From: Lingula anatina
Taxonomy: Eukaryota > Animalia > Brachiopoda
Length of the DNA stretch: 64,000 bases
Reading direction: 5' to 3'
NCBI GenBank assembly: GCA_051362555.1
Contig: CM120649.1
Coordinates: forward strand, 4,836,001-4,900,000
In this document: one piece after another, positions 51,370 to 64,000 of the stretch
Numbering within the stretch: the first letter of the stretch is position 1
How the letters are laid out: each line of letters begins with the position of its first letter
The notes under the pieces: model-generated
The model's input: only the letters and a program-made list of their open reading frames with translations
Told to the model about the DNA's origin: nothing
Database searches by the model: none
Made by a program: the position numbers and the translations under genes

Positions 51370-52563
51370 CCTCTGGTTGACCTTTATGTGACCTTTTGGT
51401 GACCTTTTGATGACCTTGATTTTTGACCTTGTTTATCTGTTTGAAGACAGACTACAAGCAACTGAGCATAAATCTTCTCAATGGACTTCAGGAATTGGGG
51501 GAAATGCAGTGGTCTTGTCTGTTTTTTATGTGGCTTTTGCTTGATTGAGATGTTTGAGGGTTTTTTCCCCTGTTGATTGGAAGATGGATCATGTACCAAT
51601 TTGAATGCCATATTTGTTATTAGTATTTGAAAATTAATTCAGTTTGTTTTATCTAACTGCTTTAAAGAGCGCTGTTAAAACCAGCCCTAGAAGAGGTTGT
51701 GCCAATGTAAGGTACTTTTATATTTAAATAATGTATGTACTGCTTTTTATTTATTTAATTGTTATGCTTCTTTTTTTCTGCAGCTTGCTGTTCGATTAAT
51801 GACTTATGTTGATCTCAGATTCAAGCAGCTGTGGAAATTTTAATCAAATTGTGGTGTCATTAATTAGTTACAAATAACTGGGTCTTTCATATTCATCTCT
51901 GAAATTTTAGTGTTTTCCTGTTCTTGTCTTTACATTGTAGGTATTATTATGTCTTTGTTGAGTTTTGGCATTATACTGACAAATGAAAGGTATAGTTCAA
52001 ACTTTTCTCAGTAAGTTTTGGATATGAATAACTTTGTAGATGAATGGACTATTGATGACATTTTCAGGAAAATTAACTTTTTAGCAACATAAGGGTTTGA
52101 CATGCATTTTATGCCTTTAAAAATGAGATAAGAAAAAGCATGGAAAACACCAAAAATCTTTTGCACATTGATTGTTTTAACCTAGCTAGTGATGTGAAAA
52201 GGCTAGAATTACACCTATTGTAAACGTCTATGGTTAAGCTAACAGACACGAGTTAAAACTTTAGACTGTTAAATTATGTAAAAACTCACCATTTGTTACT
52301 GTTGATATTTATCCTCAGGCTGTTTACTATGGTATTACTGCCCTCAATGTTTACAAGTTTTTTTAAATAACTCTGTGTATTGCATTATATTTTATTATGT
52401 GTCTAGTATTGCTGTTTAATTCAATACTGATTTTATAGAGTATTAAGTTTGTGTCAGTATGCCCAGGATTCTTGCCATTGTAATTTTTCATTTTTTTTTT
52501 TTTTTTTTTTTTTTTTTTGACGAAAAGTGATAGATGATAAGAGCTCACAAATATCCCCCCGCC

Positions 52564-52594
<31 letters not shown>

Positions 52595-52610
52595 CTGGTA
52601 GGATGATGTT

Positions 52611-52826
52611 AGACTGCAATACCACAGATTTAGATTGATCCATCTGAATCGACCTAACTCCCTGGGGGTTCACGCTAAATTACTGTCAGCCGAGCGCGCA
52701 CAGAAGTTAATTATCCCCTTATAGCTTTTAGTAGGCGGGACAGATATTTAAGCTGTTTAAGCTGACAATAATCTAGTGAGACTCCCCATGGGGATAGATC
52801 GATCCAAAATCTGTGGGAATGCAGTT
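52611..52826. mobile_element. PIF/Harbinger-like MITE
   Basis: actgcaataccacagattt / aaatctgtgggaatgcagt termini with TWA-like flanks; same family as 6120-6335. Confidence 0.7.
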
Positions 52827-55748
52827 TAACTCTAGTTATTTGGGAAAAAGTCTGCCTTGAATCCAGCAAGCTTTAGTATTCATCATTTAAATTTAATTTG
52901 TAGTAACTACAAACAATGGAATTTACTTTTGACACAATTTAGTGAGGAATTGTCATATTTGTGTGTTAATATCACTTGACCTAATTATCAGGTGACCATT
53001 GAATCTCCGCCTATTGCCAGTTTATAAAACTACAGGGTTAGATATCAGTAGCCAGTAGGGACAGTTTATGGGATATCTGTTACTTTTATTTAAATCTTTG
53101 AAATGTATACTATCAGTGAGAGGAAGTAAGAGAGTGGGTTTTCTATGAAAGGAGAGATGCCAAAATGATGCATTTTGAAAGTTCACTTGACCTTAGTTAC
53201 TAGTGAAGACTGAAAAGATGTCTTTATTAGTCACCAAAGCAATTACATCAGTGTGAAATGAGATTGGTGATAACTAAAAATAAACCAATGCTGACATTTC
53301 TTGAGGGGATGGGAGGGTTCAAAATGGCCATTTGAAAGATGCGCACAGGATGATGATATTTTAATTGGAATTTTTGCTCAAAAACAACTGCACAACCAAA
53401 AAATTGAGACACTGATTGTATTGCATTTTTATACAGTACAATCTGAGTGGAGATTTGATTAGTATGGGTAAAAGTTTCTCAGTCTTACCAGTACAGTCCT
53501 CCAGTTATTTTGTTTTTTGATCCCAGTTTTCCAGAGTTTTTTTACCCCAGTTTTGAATGTCACTGGTAGAGTTCTCAGGTTGCTTACAATGTAACACTCT
53601 TTGTATACCTTCAACAAAGAAAGAAAAAAAAAAACTACACCAGACAGCAAATTGTTTGTGAATTTCTGGTAGAGATTAACAGAATGCGTGTAATGTGAAT
53701 TAAGTGAAGTTGGCATTGCTATGGCTTTGTAATTGCTGGTTTTATAGACATGGCATAATTGATCAAAACTGAACAAACAAACAAACAAATTGAAAAAAGA
53801 TCCAATAGCTGAATATGCCACATATTGCACATGCTCTTGTTTAAAATATAGTACAAGTTTGAGTGATTTTTTGTAGTTTTCATTGTCATTTATCATAATA
53901 CACTACACCAGTACACTTGCTGTGCATAGCTTCTTTAAAGTAAGTTTTTGCTCAAATACAGCATGTAAGTTCTGTAATACTTAATTTTACAAATGAAGTT
54001 GCATGATTTTAAGACTTTTATAATTCTTTTTGTAATGCTTATTGTTAGTCTTTTGTAAGCTTTATGTGTTTTATTTTAGCAATGATCATGGTATTCAGTT
54101 ACTAATCAAGTGAGAAGTACAGAAATAACAAGATTACTCAAATGAACTCGATATATTCAGGATTATGTCATTAACACTTTGCATGCTTCAAATTTTTATT
54201 TTCTTTTTTTCACTGTATGTGTCAATTATTTGCTTTGCATGACTTTTTCACTAGTGACAATACCTATACCTTCCATGTTAACTGATTTCACAGTATGCCA
54301 TCTTTTTACTTTTTTTTTTCATTTTTTCTGTAAAAGTTTATAGCTGTATACCTATCCTGTTGAACAGGATAATGTAGTTAAGTATGCTTAGAATTTGTGT
54401 GAGTGAAAAATTGTTGCTATTATTAGTCATAATGATGACATTCATGTATTTACAAATCCAGTAGGTAGATTTATTGATATCAGTACAGTGTATGAGATTT
54501 TCATTATCTTTACTAAATGGTCATACCAGCAAAAAAAAAAAACAAGATCAAAATATTAAAAGCAATAATGCGCTATGAGTGAATTAAAGTTCAAATTACT
54601 GTTAAGAAATTTTAACCTTAAAGAATAACCTTATGGCACATGTGTAACCGTGTGCTAGCATTCAGGAATACGAAGGCAGTGACGAGCTCTGTATTTTATA
54701 ATGTGATTGAGATAATGTGCAATAATTTAAATCAATGAAAATGTGATAACGTTTTGTTAGTAGTGCACAATTTTCATCATGCTTTTTTTCTACATTAATT
54801 GAGCCAAGAAGAGAGACTCTCAGCAGTAATGTTTTTTCAATCCTTCTCTTAAAAAATTGCTTGGTCTCTAGCATTCCTAAATCGTGTTTTCTGTATACAC
54901 TTGGCATACTTCACAAAAGTGACCATTGTATCCATCATACTACTAGTAATATCCCTGCTCCAGGTACTAGTACACCAGGGTACATCATATTTATATTCAT
55001 GAGCTTATTGTTTGTTGATTAACTTAAAGAAACTTGATGACATAGACGTGTAATTATCATAATTGAACAATTAATTGTATTTTAGTGCAGTGTTGTGAGG
55101 TGAATAAAAAGGTTGAATTAGTATTCATTCCTTTTAGTTTTACTCCCTGTATATTCTTTGGAAGTTACAGTGTAATAAAGATTTTACCATATGCTCTCTT
55201 GGAATGACACTTTCATCTTGTTACACGTGCAAATAAAATGGCGAATTGCAGTTATATCACAATTTCAAAAGGTTTTATTTTGTATCAAGAAACTTAGATG
55301 AATAAGAAAAAGGCCGAACAAGTGCACTTTTCCAGGGGGTGGAAACGCGCTACTTATATGATTATGACGAGCCTAACCGTCAGCACCGGATATTAGTTTG
55401 TGACCTTGAGGGGCTATTAGGCTTGGTCTTTGCGGCACGCACGAACAGTAGTCGATCTACCACACCTGGGTCTTTTGTTTTTGACAACTGTTCACTCGTC
55501 AAGGAGGTGCTTGTTCAAGACTACAGACTGATATCTACTAGTACTACCAGTGGCTTCATTAGTAACGTTCCCACAAAACATGGTTTTCTGTCTGTGCGTA
55601 CATACCCTGAATTTGGTTAGCCTCACTGACGAGAACAATGGACGTTTCTTACCCCTCTCTAGGATTACCCCTGACTTTTCGCACCACGAGCTGCAGCATT
55701 TTTTCTCTCGGCCTCTCCCTCTCCTCCCCCCACCCTCCCCCACGCACA

Positions 55749-55751
<3 letters not shown>

Positions 55752-55807
<56 letters not shown>
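55752..55807. repeat. (CT)n microsatellite upstream of CCNC
   Basis: About 28 CT units; potential GAGA-type element. Confidence 0.93.
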
Positions 55808-55810
<3 letters not shown>

Positions 55811-55899
55811 GTTTTAACCTACACAGTCATTTCATCTAACATTAGCGGCCCCTTCATTTCCGTAACTGGCAATCGGACTTGGCCGAAAATGCGAAGATA

Positions 55900-55995
55900 A
55901 GGCGGGATTCCCCGACCCAATTTCACAACGAGACTGGGATTCCCCGGAATCCCCTATATCCCGAATGCGCATGTCCCGCCTTCCGCCATTTGTAA
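55900..55995 (+). promoter_or_regulatory. CCNC proximal promoter with kB-like, NRF1-like, GC-box and YY1-like motifs
   Basis: GGGATTCCCC at 55904 and 55936; TGCGCATG ~55966; CCCGCC ~55975; CCGCCATTT ~55983; ATG at 56107. Confidence 0.55.
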
Positions 55996-56106
55996 CGTAA
56001 CAAAGTGATGAATTTCAGACCTCTCAATTTTACTAATAATATGTAACACAAACAGTAGAAATATCAGAACAGGTTAGGGTCTTTGTGACCAGTTATAGCG
56101 TCCACA

Positions 56107-59100
56107 ATGGCTGGGAATTTCTGGCAGAGTTCACATTAGTGAGTACTTGTGTATTTTTAATGTTAAAATTGTCACCAGATTTAGAATTTAGATCGACCCT
56201 TTTTACTATTTTAGGCACTCTTACAGTGCTTCACGTTTAGTTTAAATCCTAAGACGGTAGACTGCGTTCGATATGTATTTTCAAGATCTTGACATATGGT
56301 GATTCAATATGGAACTATAGTATAGGTATGGACTACATCGGGATATGATATAGACGTTAAAATGTGTTCATTTGAGAAAAAAGTTAATAGAATGGTGCAT
56401 TACTGTAGATCTACATGTATGTGTCCATTCTAACAAGTAAGGCAAACACATTTCTAATTTGGATGTTACCCCCCCCCTCCCCATGCTCACACAAACGCAG
56501 ACACCACAATCTACCACCACCCTATAAGTCTTTTTTCTCCTTTTAAAGTTTTTTATTTTCTAAATTGAATTTTGTGGTTTCATTGGTCAATGATATAGGA
56601 AATTTGCTGTATTTACTGCTTCCTGCTTTATAAGTAAATCAGTTTGGCAATTTATCTTTCAGTTTTCTGGTGTTTTTACAAGACAATGAAATGATTTGAT
56701 GAGGGTCATGGTTCTTCTTCTTCTTATTATTATTATTCTAGTCAGCAGTGGATCTTGGATAGGCAGGATCTGACCAGGGAGAGACAGATTGACCTGAAAG
56801 TGCTGACAGAAGAAGAGTATCAGAAGTTGATGATATTTTATGCCAATTGTAAGAAGATATTTTTCAGGATTTTGTTAGTAAAATTGTTGGATGTGAAGAA
56901 TTGAATATATTTTGGAGAACTGAAGATCATCAGTTTATTGCATTATTGATGACACCAAATCTGTTAATATTGTTTTTTCCATGAAACACTTTTTATTTTT
57001 ACAGAAAATGCAGATTTATTCACTCACCAATTGTGACAGAAAAATAATGGCTGAAAATATTCAAACTTGTTGGATTTATCTGTAACAATACACACAGATG
57101 CTTTGGTGTTGTTAATCTGCATTTCTGTGTATTTATTATTAAACTATTCAGTGATTGATTGATATTTTCAGTAATCCAGTCTTTAGGAGAACAGCTGAAA
57201 GTGAGACAGCAAGTGATCGCCACAGCTACCGTGTATTTTAAAAGATTTTATGCCAGGTACATATGTTGTCAATACATTCCCCCTTATGTTTTAAATGCAT
57301 ACAAAATGAATACCATTTTGTCTTTGTTCAGAAGAAAGAAAATCAGCAATTTTGGTTTTATCACCCCATCCAAATCCATCTAATTTTATCCATAAGTCTT
57401 TATCTCCAGCTCACATTAATGAAAAATGTAGAACTCAAAGTATGTTTTCTATAAAATTGTAATTAAAAGCAGAACTGTTCACTCTTCTTCTTACCTAAGT
57501 AGCAATGTGGTCATTTTGCTTCAACCTCATGGTGATAAATCATTGCCTAAAATTACTGGCCCAGTTCAAAATCGACAAGAGCAAATAATTCTCTTTTTTT
57601 CTTTAATTTGGACATTGTTTAATTATTTATTTCAGAAATTCCCTGCGCTGTATAGACCCACTCCTCATGGCGCCTACCTGTATATTTTTGGCTTCCAAAG
57701 TTGAGGTTTGTCTTTGAATTTCAACCAAGATTCGAGGACAATTATAATTGTGATTATTATAATAGTTTCTTCCAAACAACTTTTACTGCTAGCTACAATC
57801 AGAGTTATTCCCAATTCAGTATTCTGCTGTCTCACAAGAGAGGTTCTACAAAGAATACTGGTGATATTGTAGCCTGTACTGTAGATGACGTGTTCCTGTC
57901 TGATGTATATGGGATGTGGCTCGAGAAACACAGACATAATTTGATATGTCGCCGTCTTCAGCTGTTGTTTTGAAGAAACTGTTGTAATATCTAACTGTGT
58001 GTATAATAACATTTTAAACTGGAGCTTGGGTTTATTTTCTGTCACAATAATCTGTAAACTATACTCTTTGAGATGTAATATAGATGCTGAGATGTAACAT
58101 AATCATAATGGATTGGTAAAACTACAACCATTGCTAAGTTCATAACCAGCTTGTTGTGCTGTGTTTTTATTATAAGAGAAACCAAATTTATAAATCCAAC
58201 CTGATAATGAAAACATTGTATGATGATTGCTTTCCCTTTGCCATTTTAGGAATTTGGAGTAATTTCAAACAGCAGGCTAATATCCACATTCCAGACAGTT
58301 TGTGAGTATCATTTATTTATTTATTTATTTATTTATTTGTAAAAGGTAATATATATTACAGAATTTCAGAGTAACATTTTACTGGGTCTGGTTCAGTTTT
58401 TCTGGTATTTGGCATAGTGATAAGGTCCTAGGCTGATGATGGAAATGTTTCAAAAGATTTTTAAACCTGTCCAGATTTTGTCACATATGGAGACAATACA
58501 ATTAACCATTTGTTATCAATATTTCCTTTAAAAAGATATGAATTTCTATTTCAGTGAAGACCAAGTTCCAACATGCTTTTCAACAAGAGTTCCCATATAG
58601 AGTGAACCATGTCCATGAATGTGAATTCTTCCTTCTTGAAATGATGGTAATACTTTGTTTACAGTGCAATAATTTCTGAATAAGTTCAAAGGGAGCCATC
58701 ATATGAATATATATCTGCTTTGTTACACTAACCTCTTAGTTTTAAATCAGATAATTAAAAAAAAAATTACACTATGTATGGCAATATACTTGATAAATAC
58801 AAGAAGAAGTATCATGATATAATTTAAAAATTGCTTCCAGTAAGTAATTATTACCTCTGCCAAAAAAGGTTATGCTGTTAGCTTTTCTGTTTGCATTTTT
58901 ATTAGAAGACAAGCTATAACATTTTCAAAACACTTTGATGAAAACTTCTCCCTTTTAGAAACAAATGATTTCAGTGAGTTCTAACTGAATCCAGGTATCC
59001 TAATATTGTTTGAAATTATAATTTACATTTTGTCATGGCAGATGTCTGCACTCTTGGAGCACTTTCTAGTTTTGATTGTCGTAATGAAATATTTTTATGT

Positions 59101-60651
59101 GTTGTGTCAGGATTGCTCCTTGGTGCTGTACCACCCTTATAGACCACTAACTCAGTACATAGCTGACTTAGGCCAGGAAGAACTACTGCCATTGTCATGG
59201 TAACATGAAATCATTGACTAATTTACTGATTGATTGATTAATTTATCGCTTTGTTCATTGATTGACCAATATTACAATCTATAAACCTAGTTCTGTGTTT
59301 TTGACAGTTCGTACTTATTAGCTGTGTGGACAAAATTAATTGTGAACGTTCAATGTGTGACTTATATAATCCCAGCGATATTTATTAATTTCAGGAGGAT
59401 TATCAACGACAGTCTGAGAACAGATGTCTGCCTTCTGTATCCCCCCTACCTCATAGCTTTAGGTGAGCTTTTTAGCTTTGATGCTAAAGATTGTGTCCAG
59501 GAGCGATTGCCCCCCCCTCCCCCGCCACCGGTTGTCAAATTTCAGGAACCACATCAAAACCACAATGCAAATAGCACAATGCAATTAACTTTAGTTTCAT
59601 TATGTAGAGATCATTTACATTTTGGCACTTATTTAGGTAAGAAAAAGTATTTTAACTAATACACACAGGTTTGGTGTTACTATGCCAAAGGATAAGAAGT
59701 CTGGTAATGTTTTGAAATCTTTGTCCTAAATAACTCCTTTGCAAAGGTTTTTCTTCCTTTTCATTGGTTTGCCAGTTACATCCTTACTCTAAAAATGAAA
59801 AAGTCATGAACAAATTTCTGTAAAATTTTCAGGATAGGTCAAAAACTTAGAATTTATAAAACTTTGGTAGTGATCCTTTAATTAATTAATTATAAAGAGA
59901 AATGAGCTGCCTTGGCAAAGGTCTGCACCCTATGGATTGAGTGATTTTCTACTTCATCATGCACTTCTACATATTAAATAAAGTTTTTTTGCTGATATTT
60001 CCCCAGCCTGCCTCCACATGGCGTGTGTTATTCAGGGAAAAGATTGTAAGACCTGGTTTGCTGAACTGTCCGTGGATATGGACAAGGTGAAGCATTTTAT
60101 TCATTTATATAATTTATTATTACAGGAGAGCTTAAGTACTGGTATTAGGATTGTTTAGTGCCTGGGACTTTTTTTATTATTAATTAATATAATTATTGAT
60201 GTAGTTGTGAAAATTAATTATTGTCAGTAATTAATGTTTTAGTTTACTAAATATTTATTTTACTTCACTTATGCATTAATTTTACCACCATTATTATGAT
60301 AATTATTATTGTAATGTGTTCTGAACCACCTTAATTTGTTATTGCCTTTACCAAAGTAATGTTAAAAAAATTAAAAGTAATTAATAGATAAAAATGATAA
60401 ATTAAGATGAACCATTTTACTTAAAATTTATAATAATGACCACAGGTATTAACATTCTTCTATATATTTCCTGCTAGATCCTGGAGATCACACGTCACAT
60501 CCTGGCGTTGTATGATCTGTGTAAGAGTTTTGACGAGAAGAAAGAGATCAGCACATTGCTGAACAGAATGCCCAAACCAAAGACCAGTCCATCTCGACCC
60601 CCGTCTCAGGGTCCCAACGGCGACGGACAGGAAAGCCAGTCACGACAGTGA
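56107..60651 (+). CDS. CCNC: Cyclin C (Mediator kinase module), 282 aa
   Basis: Exons 56107-56138, 56742-56848, 57172-57256, 57636-57705, 58250-58301, 58555-58646, 59111-59199, 59395-59462, 60007-60086, 60478-60651 (849 nt). MAGNFWQSSHYQQWILD...LKVRQQVIATATVYFKRFYAR...FLASKVEEFG...YHPYRPL...WFAELSVDMDK...MPKPK. Confidence 0.96.
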
Positions 60652-62732
60652 GGAGTCATTTGAAGGCATAAAGTGTGCGCTAGCGCTTTATATTGGGGGA
60701 CAGTCTTGGAGATGTCTGCTTTCTTTGTCGTCACCATGGTATAGCATGTCTTTCTGTTGGCAAATTTCATGTTTATAAGTCCGTTTTTGAGTTCATAATT
60801 GCCGATATTGTTTACTGTCACATGTGAAATTTGCCTGTCTCCATCTGCATTACAAGAGTGACTCGGAAATTAGAAATTGAGAACTCAGAGACTGATTTAT
60901 AAATTGTGATTTCATTAACGGTTTTGGAGATGGTATACCTAGGCGCCATCCAAGAAGGACGAAATTACCAGGAAAATTGAAGTCTAACGTCAGTATCAGC
61001 AGAAAAGTTGACATTTCGATAACATGGGTCAGGCTTTATGAACACATTATTGGGAAAGACGGACCAATAACTGTCAATACAAGTACGGTCAGCACAGGAT
61101 AAAATAAAGATCTGTGTTTGCGCAGCAGAGAAAATGGAAGAAAATGAGAAGTCGAGAAAGCGAAAGGTCCAGTATCGGAAAAAATATCATGTGTGCTATG
61201 AGGACTTGTATGTAGAAATGATGCATTTGCAAAGCTGAAAAGAGAAAAGAAAGAGTGGAATGAAATAATGATCATAAATGAGTTCATTAGTACTGGACAT
61301 CCATGATAATAATGACCAAAACTCTTAGTTAGCGTGTAGATGGATGACCAAGAGGGTTATCTCGGGATCCCCGGTAAATCTTAAAAAAAATATGTAATGA
61401 AGCGAAATAAGTTGAAATAAAGCAAGTTTGTTTTTACATCTTTTTTTTCTTTTTTTATGCACTTTTTATATTAATATAAAATTCCACTTTATAAAAATCA
61501 TTTAGTTTTAGACATTCTGGCTAAAGAAAAAAAGCTAAATTCTATGTAGACGAGCATTTATAATATGCGCCAAAGTAACGGAGTGATATACCTGAAGAAG
61601 AATCGCGAATGACTTCGAATTTTTAGTGGAACTTTAAAATAGGCCAACCTGAAGATTAAAATAAGTTCATGGCGGTTGATAAAACAAAGTCGTGTTTTTT
61701 TAGATTGTCTATTTTTTAGATTTCTGATCATTCTTAGTTACTGATATACTCAAATCTAAGAATTATAAAAGTCTAAGTGCTGAAGATTTCAGCGATAATA
61801 TCAATATTGTTAAACATCGGTGGAACTTATCGTTTTTTTTTTTTTTTTTTTAGAATGGACCTTTACAACCTAGCATTGAATTTAACCGCACATTGATAAA
61901 GGAATTTTGCAACCAAAAAGTCCAGACTAAAAACATCTCAAATCAAAAAGAAAAAAATGTTCAACTTTTTTACGAGTCGTCACACACGCGAATGCCGTTA
62001 AAATCCAACATACCAACAGTTTTTTCGCTTTGTAAACGTTTTTGTTTCTACTTAAACTTTCTTAAAATGCCATTAATTGATGCTTTATATGTGGTTTAAA
62101 GAGCCAAAAACTTTAACCTGAAACTCTTCTCAATCCGAAAGAATTTATTAATTGCACGCTTCAACATAAGTCAGAGACGTGATGGCGTCTTTAAGAATGC
62201 GCCATGTCGTCTAATGTCATTCCTTGCATTATATTGGTTGTCGCTTTCTCTTTCATTGCCTTTAACCGGTCTCATTTGATGTTAACCTCTATCAGCATTT
62301 ATCTCAGTGACATTTAACTCTTCTTAATAAAGTTATTACAATCAATTTTAATGCTCACCACAATACATTATATTACCTATCATAAGTCTGTGATGTCTTT
62401 GGCGCACAAAGCGCCATGTATATACAATATGTACAAATATGGCCCATTTTAATTATTTTTTAAACCATAAGCATTTGCGCTGCAAAGCGATAATAAAATA
62501 TTTTGATTTACAGATTCGCATATATATAAATAAATGTTTGTTGTCCTCCTTTGGCTCTTCGAAGTTAGCTACGTTAAAGATGTTATAGAGTATTTTGAAA
62601 CTCACTGCCATTTCGAGCCCAAAAATTAAAAAAAAATAAATAAAGCTGGAAATTATAACATTTAAACACATTGCGGATACTGTAGGTAAAGACAGAAAAA
62701 CATCCTTCTTAATATCACTTCAAAAATCCATG

Positions 62733-62861
62733 CTGCAGACAATTTTAGCAAAAGTAATATTTGATATGCAAATTTTTTTGCTGTGTAACAGCAAATCCAA
62801 ACTGCAGACAATTTTAGCAAAAGTAATATTTGATATGCATATTTTTTTTTGCTGTGTAACA
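62733..62861. repeat. Two-copy ~70-bp tandem repeat
   Basis: tgcagacaattttagcaaaagtaatatttgatatgca...tttttttgctgtgtaaca, twice. Confidence 0.85.
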
Positions 62862-63340
62862 TTACTTTTCTTGGCAAAATTACTAATTCCAAGTGTTAAA
62901 CTTTTCCACATCTAAATATAAAAAATACCAAATTCTCTCAAACTTCAAGATCACTGTAAACTACTTATCTAAGTAGGTGAACAACATTTCTATTAAATGG
63001 CAAAATCTTATAGTCAAAAGTAAGTGGAAATGGTGGAAAAATTACCTATTTTGGTTTGAATCACGAAAATACTGATGACACCATTACAGAGATTCCATGG
63101 CTTAGATTTTAGACCAACCCAAAGACAAATACTTCTAAAGATCTCGAAACAATTTTGTTGCCCTTGCCCATACGAAGTCCGATAATAAAACACGTCAATA
63201 GTCAAAGAACATCCAATCCATTCCTAATTTCAAAACTGTATGTCCTTGTGCACAATATTTGACGAAAGATAAAAATCCGGAGACAAATGACGACAGAAAA
63301 AACAGTCCATTCATAGTTTCAGAGACGCAGTACACGCACT

Positions 63341-63807
63341 CTACACGTGCAAGTTCTCGCAGATGTAGGAGTTGGCGGTGGAACACACCCCGTCGTTGAT
63401 TCCTGCAATACGTCCTCTCCAGAACCTCAGCTCCACGCAGTTCTCGTTGTTGTTATGGTTGTTGGGCTCTCCTGGCAGCCACTGGCAGTAACTGAAGTCA
63501 AATCCTGTAAAAAATGTAATAATATATTAAAAAATAATTAAAAAAAAAACAAAAAAACATGTAGGCCTATTCATTCAAAGACTTAAGATCTAAATGGATA
63601 CTGTGAAGCTTTGTCGGATACTTTTGTCAAAGACGAGTATATGCACTTTTGCTTTATCTTATAACTTTTGCATCGATTAATCTAATGACTTTAAAAGATG
63701 TAATTAATCAATCATTCAATATACAGATAATTAAAATCAATATGTTTGTCTTTTAGTTTATATCCAAGCTCAACAAGTTTTCCCATAAGAAAGAGAGACA
63801 GAGACCA

Positions 63808-63839
<32 letters not shown>

Positions 63840-63962
63840 GGTATCACCTACCGGTTCCCCAGTAAAATTGTCTGGATACTTCTATCGGATTATCAAGTGA
63901 TTTGGAAATCTCCTCAGCGTTTTCCATTCTGCGCCCTGACGTCCAGAATTTGCTGAAACCGC
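63341..63962 (-). CDS. C-type lectin domain protein (last two exons; 5' part beyond the window end)
   Basis: Exons 63962-63852 and 63504-63341 in phase: GFSKFWTSGRRMENAEEISKSLDNPIEVSRQFYWGTGFDFSYCQWLPGEPNNHNNNENCVELRFWRGRIAGINDGVCSTANSYICENLHV*. Has W.PGEPN, ENC, (I)ND..C and ICE motifs. Confidence 0.9.
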
Positions 63963-64000
63963 CTTAAATTAAATAAAGATAAATAAACAAATAAATTAAA

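Noticed and set aside
49640-51700. Selenoprotein MsrB (UGA recoding with SECIS)
   Set aside because: Both terminal exons encode the catalytic Cys as TGT, the TGA codons fall after complete domains, and no convincing SECIS was seen by eye.
53459-53896. 145-aa minus-strand ORF
   Set aside because: Low-complexity AT-rich composition, no homology cues and no exon chain.
55339-55900. Overlapping 85-116-aa ORFs upstream of CCNC
   Set aside because: They run through a (CT)n tract and GC-richer promoter DNA, with no recognisable motifs.
60860-62200. Purine-rich and CpG-richer segment after CCNC as a possible gene or transposon
   Set aside because: Frames are interrupted and I could not define matching TIRs or a TSD; probably 3'UTR plus an unclassified repeat.

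Overview
AT-rich, intron-rich animal genomic DNA (invertebrate, probably lophotrochozoan; the taxon is inference only). Most ORF-track entries are spurious, so gene models were rebuilt by hand from GT-AG exon chains with consistent phases. Left to right: 5' part of KDM6A/UTX (-) head-to-head with FUNDC1 (+); a 13-exon, 406-aa gene (-) with major-vault-protein/SPFH-like architecture; a 3.5-kb non-autonomous CMC-EnSpm-like transposon holding a Gypsy gag-pro relic and a palindromic MITE; a variant U6 snRNA gene; a ~22-kb tandem array of secreted single-VWA-domain genes (four intact, one broken) with divergent MIDAS loops and acidic versus basic paralogs; an MSRB3-like gene with two duplicated catalytic terminal exons (ending KSEL or WTTV); cyclin C (+); and the 3' end of an EPN-type C-type lectin (-). 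Several MITEs, a truncated LINE and a solo LTR are defined by target-site duplications or empty sites in paralogs.
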